DNA of 64,000 nucleotides, taken from NCBI GenBank assembly GCA_051294375.1, contig CM119271.1, positions 9,758,291 to 9,822,290 of the forward strand, read 5' to 3'. The DNA is from Paraspadella gotoi. Its lineage: Eukaryota; Animalia; Chaetognatha. Made by a program: the position numbers and the translations under genes. The notes under the pieces were generated by a model that worked only from the letters and a program-made list of their open reading frames with translations, did not search any database and was not told the DNA's origin. Of this stretch, positions 62,201 to 64,000 are shown piece by piece. Within the stretch, counting starts at the first letter, position 1. Each line of letters opens with the position of its first letter.

Positions 62201-63648
62201 TAAGGGCTCCTTCCAAACCGGGCCTGGGTCTTTGGAACAACTCGCCGGTCTTGTTGGAAGACGAATATGCGTCTCCAAGTTGGTGGATTAAGAAAACTAC
62301 GATTAAGCCGTGGGCAATTTTTTCTTCATCTACATTTTACAGCGAACCCCGCGGCGAGACGAGAGTTTAAAGACTTCAAAGAAAAAAAAGGGGTTTTACC
62401 CCTCATGAGCCGAATCGTGTTATGTTGGCAAAGAAAACAAACCCAGTCGAAAGTTAACTTTCGATTGAAGCAAGCTTTGGATCAAGCTTTGGATCAAGCT
62501 CGTCACGAGGCCGCCGGACGATGACTTCCGGATGATCGCTTGAACCTCACAAAAGATATCGATGCACGCTGACCTCGGAGTTGAGACTTGAAAAAGGCGC
62601 CGAACTCAACCACAATAAGGAAACAAATTATTAAAAACAACGAACGACCAAAAAAAAAGGAGGGACGACGACAACCAAACAAACCAACAACCATCTTGCA
62701 ACAACAAAAACGGCTACTTGGGCGACGACTATGACGACGACGACGACGATTTAGCAGCAATGAAAGTATAATGGAGAGAGCAACGAATCGGCAGGGGATG
62801 GGAAACGAAATATGCGTTTGTGTGAGGTCGGTGGAACGGGCATGTGGAAATCGAAGCTTGGTGGAGTGGTGGAACGGGGTTTGTGGAAAGAATGCAGAGG
62901 AAAGTGGAATGGAATTGCGAAAGAAAGACGTGAATGGATTGGATTCATACGGGATGAATGGATTTTCTGAGAAATGACATCGGGGGCCGCGCTGGATGAT
63001 TATGAGACGGAACACGAATGAGATTTGGAGGGAGAAAATCTAGTATCAAAAGGCGGAGAGGATTGATTTTGGTTTTGTGGAGTTGAAGAACAGAGGATTA
63101 GCTGACATATTAATTTGAGACTGGCCTGATGAATTGGAGGACTGACAAATTGAATTGAGACTAACAGATGATAGACGACTGCACAAACTTGAATTTGAGA
63201 CTGGCTGATGAATGGGAGACTGACAAATGGAAATTGAAGATTAACAGAGTGGATTAGAGACTGAGCAAATTGAATTTTGAGACTGGGCTGCATGAATTTA
63301 GGAGCTGACAAATTGAATTGAAGACTATCAGATGGATTTAAAAGACTGACAAATTGAATGGACTGCTGATGAATTGGGAGACTGACAAATGAATTGGAAG
63401 ACTAAACAGATGGATTAGAAGTACTGACAAATTGAATTTGAGGACTGGCTGATGGAAATGGGAGACTGACAAGTTTTATTAAAGTTTGATGGATGTGATT
63501 ATGACAGCCTGACTTAGTGAAAAGACGTGCCGGCAAGAAGATGGATTTAGCAGACGGGACGGACGGAAGACGGATCGAGGAGGTCAGTTTTATGTGATTA
63601 ATATTTTGATTAATTATGTGAATAATGAGTATTGATATGTAATATACA

Positions 63649-64000
63649 GCATTGTCTAGTTGAAGTGCATTAACCGCTATTCAAGAAGGAACGCACGTGA
63701 GAGAGATGGAGAGAGAGAGAGAGAGAAGGAGAGAAGAGAGAGAGACGAGAGAGAGAGAAGAGAGATGAGAGAGAGAGAGAGAGAGAGGTATAAGTGAAGA
63801 AGAGTATCAGTTGACATTGAAGGATGCGCGGGTGGGCCGACTAATGGGGACGAACGGACGTACTGACGCCGGACGGAATTTTTCGGGTCAGAAAGATGCG
63901 AAGTTGGACGGAGATGGAAAAGGGAAATGTATGTATGCGCCGGCCAGCCGCCGCCGCCCGCCGCCAGCCGCCAGCGCCAGCCGCCAGCCGCCAGCCGCCA
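63649..64000 (+). repeat. Direct copy of 48128-~48500 (spacer plus start of the right arm of the first palindrome)
   Basis: tgtctagtt(t)gaagt…ttaaccgctattc…(GA)n…gagtatcagt(t)gacattgaaggatgcgc…gacgaacggacgtactgacgccggacggaatttt is present at both places. Confidence 0.95.

Larger units (their letters stand above)
51561..63647. repeat. ~12 kb palindrome: arms ~51561-57905 and ~58180-63647
   Basis: gtatattacatatcaatactc (51561) pairs with gagtattgatatgtaatatac (63627), (GAAT)n at 56440 with (ATTC)n at 59500, and aaaccgcgtcgatca (57561) with tgatcgacgcggttt (58471). The central spacer contains (CT)n. Confidence 0.95.

Overview
AT-rich, repeat-dense animal-type genomic DNA (short GT-AG introns, abundant (GA)n tracts). 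It has many N gaps and indel-riddled stretches that look like poorly corrected long-read sequence. I recognise no conserved housekeeping gene, rRNA or CRISPR array. The first 19 kb holds a BEL/Pao pol fragment and a frameshifted class I viral fusion (env/F-like) ORF that runs into an LTR-like end. It also holds two small intron-containing membrane-protein gene candidates missing from the ORF track: one on the minus strand at 6828-7471, and one carried by a ~2 kb unit present three times. 19-46 kb is decayed Penelope-like and Ty3/gypsy-like fragments, DINE-1/Helentron-like non-autonomous elements, tRNA-derived heads and simple repeats. 46.6-64 kb is a nest of large fold-back inverted duplications with an internal inversion at TCTAGA sites, which may be real template-switch products or amplification/assembly artefacts. 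Family calls come from motifs recognised by eye, not from searches.
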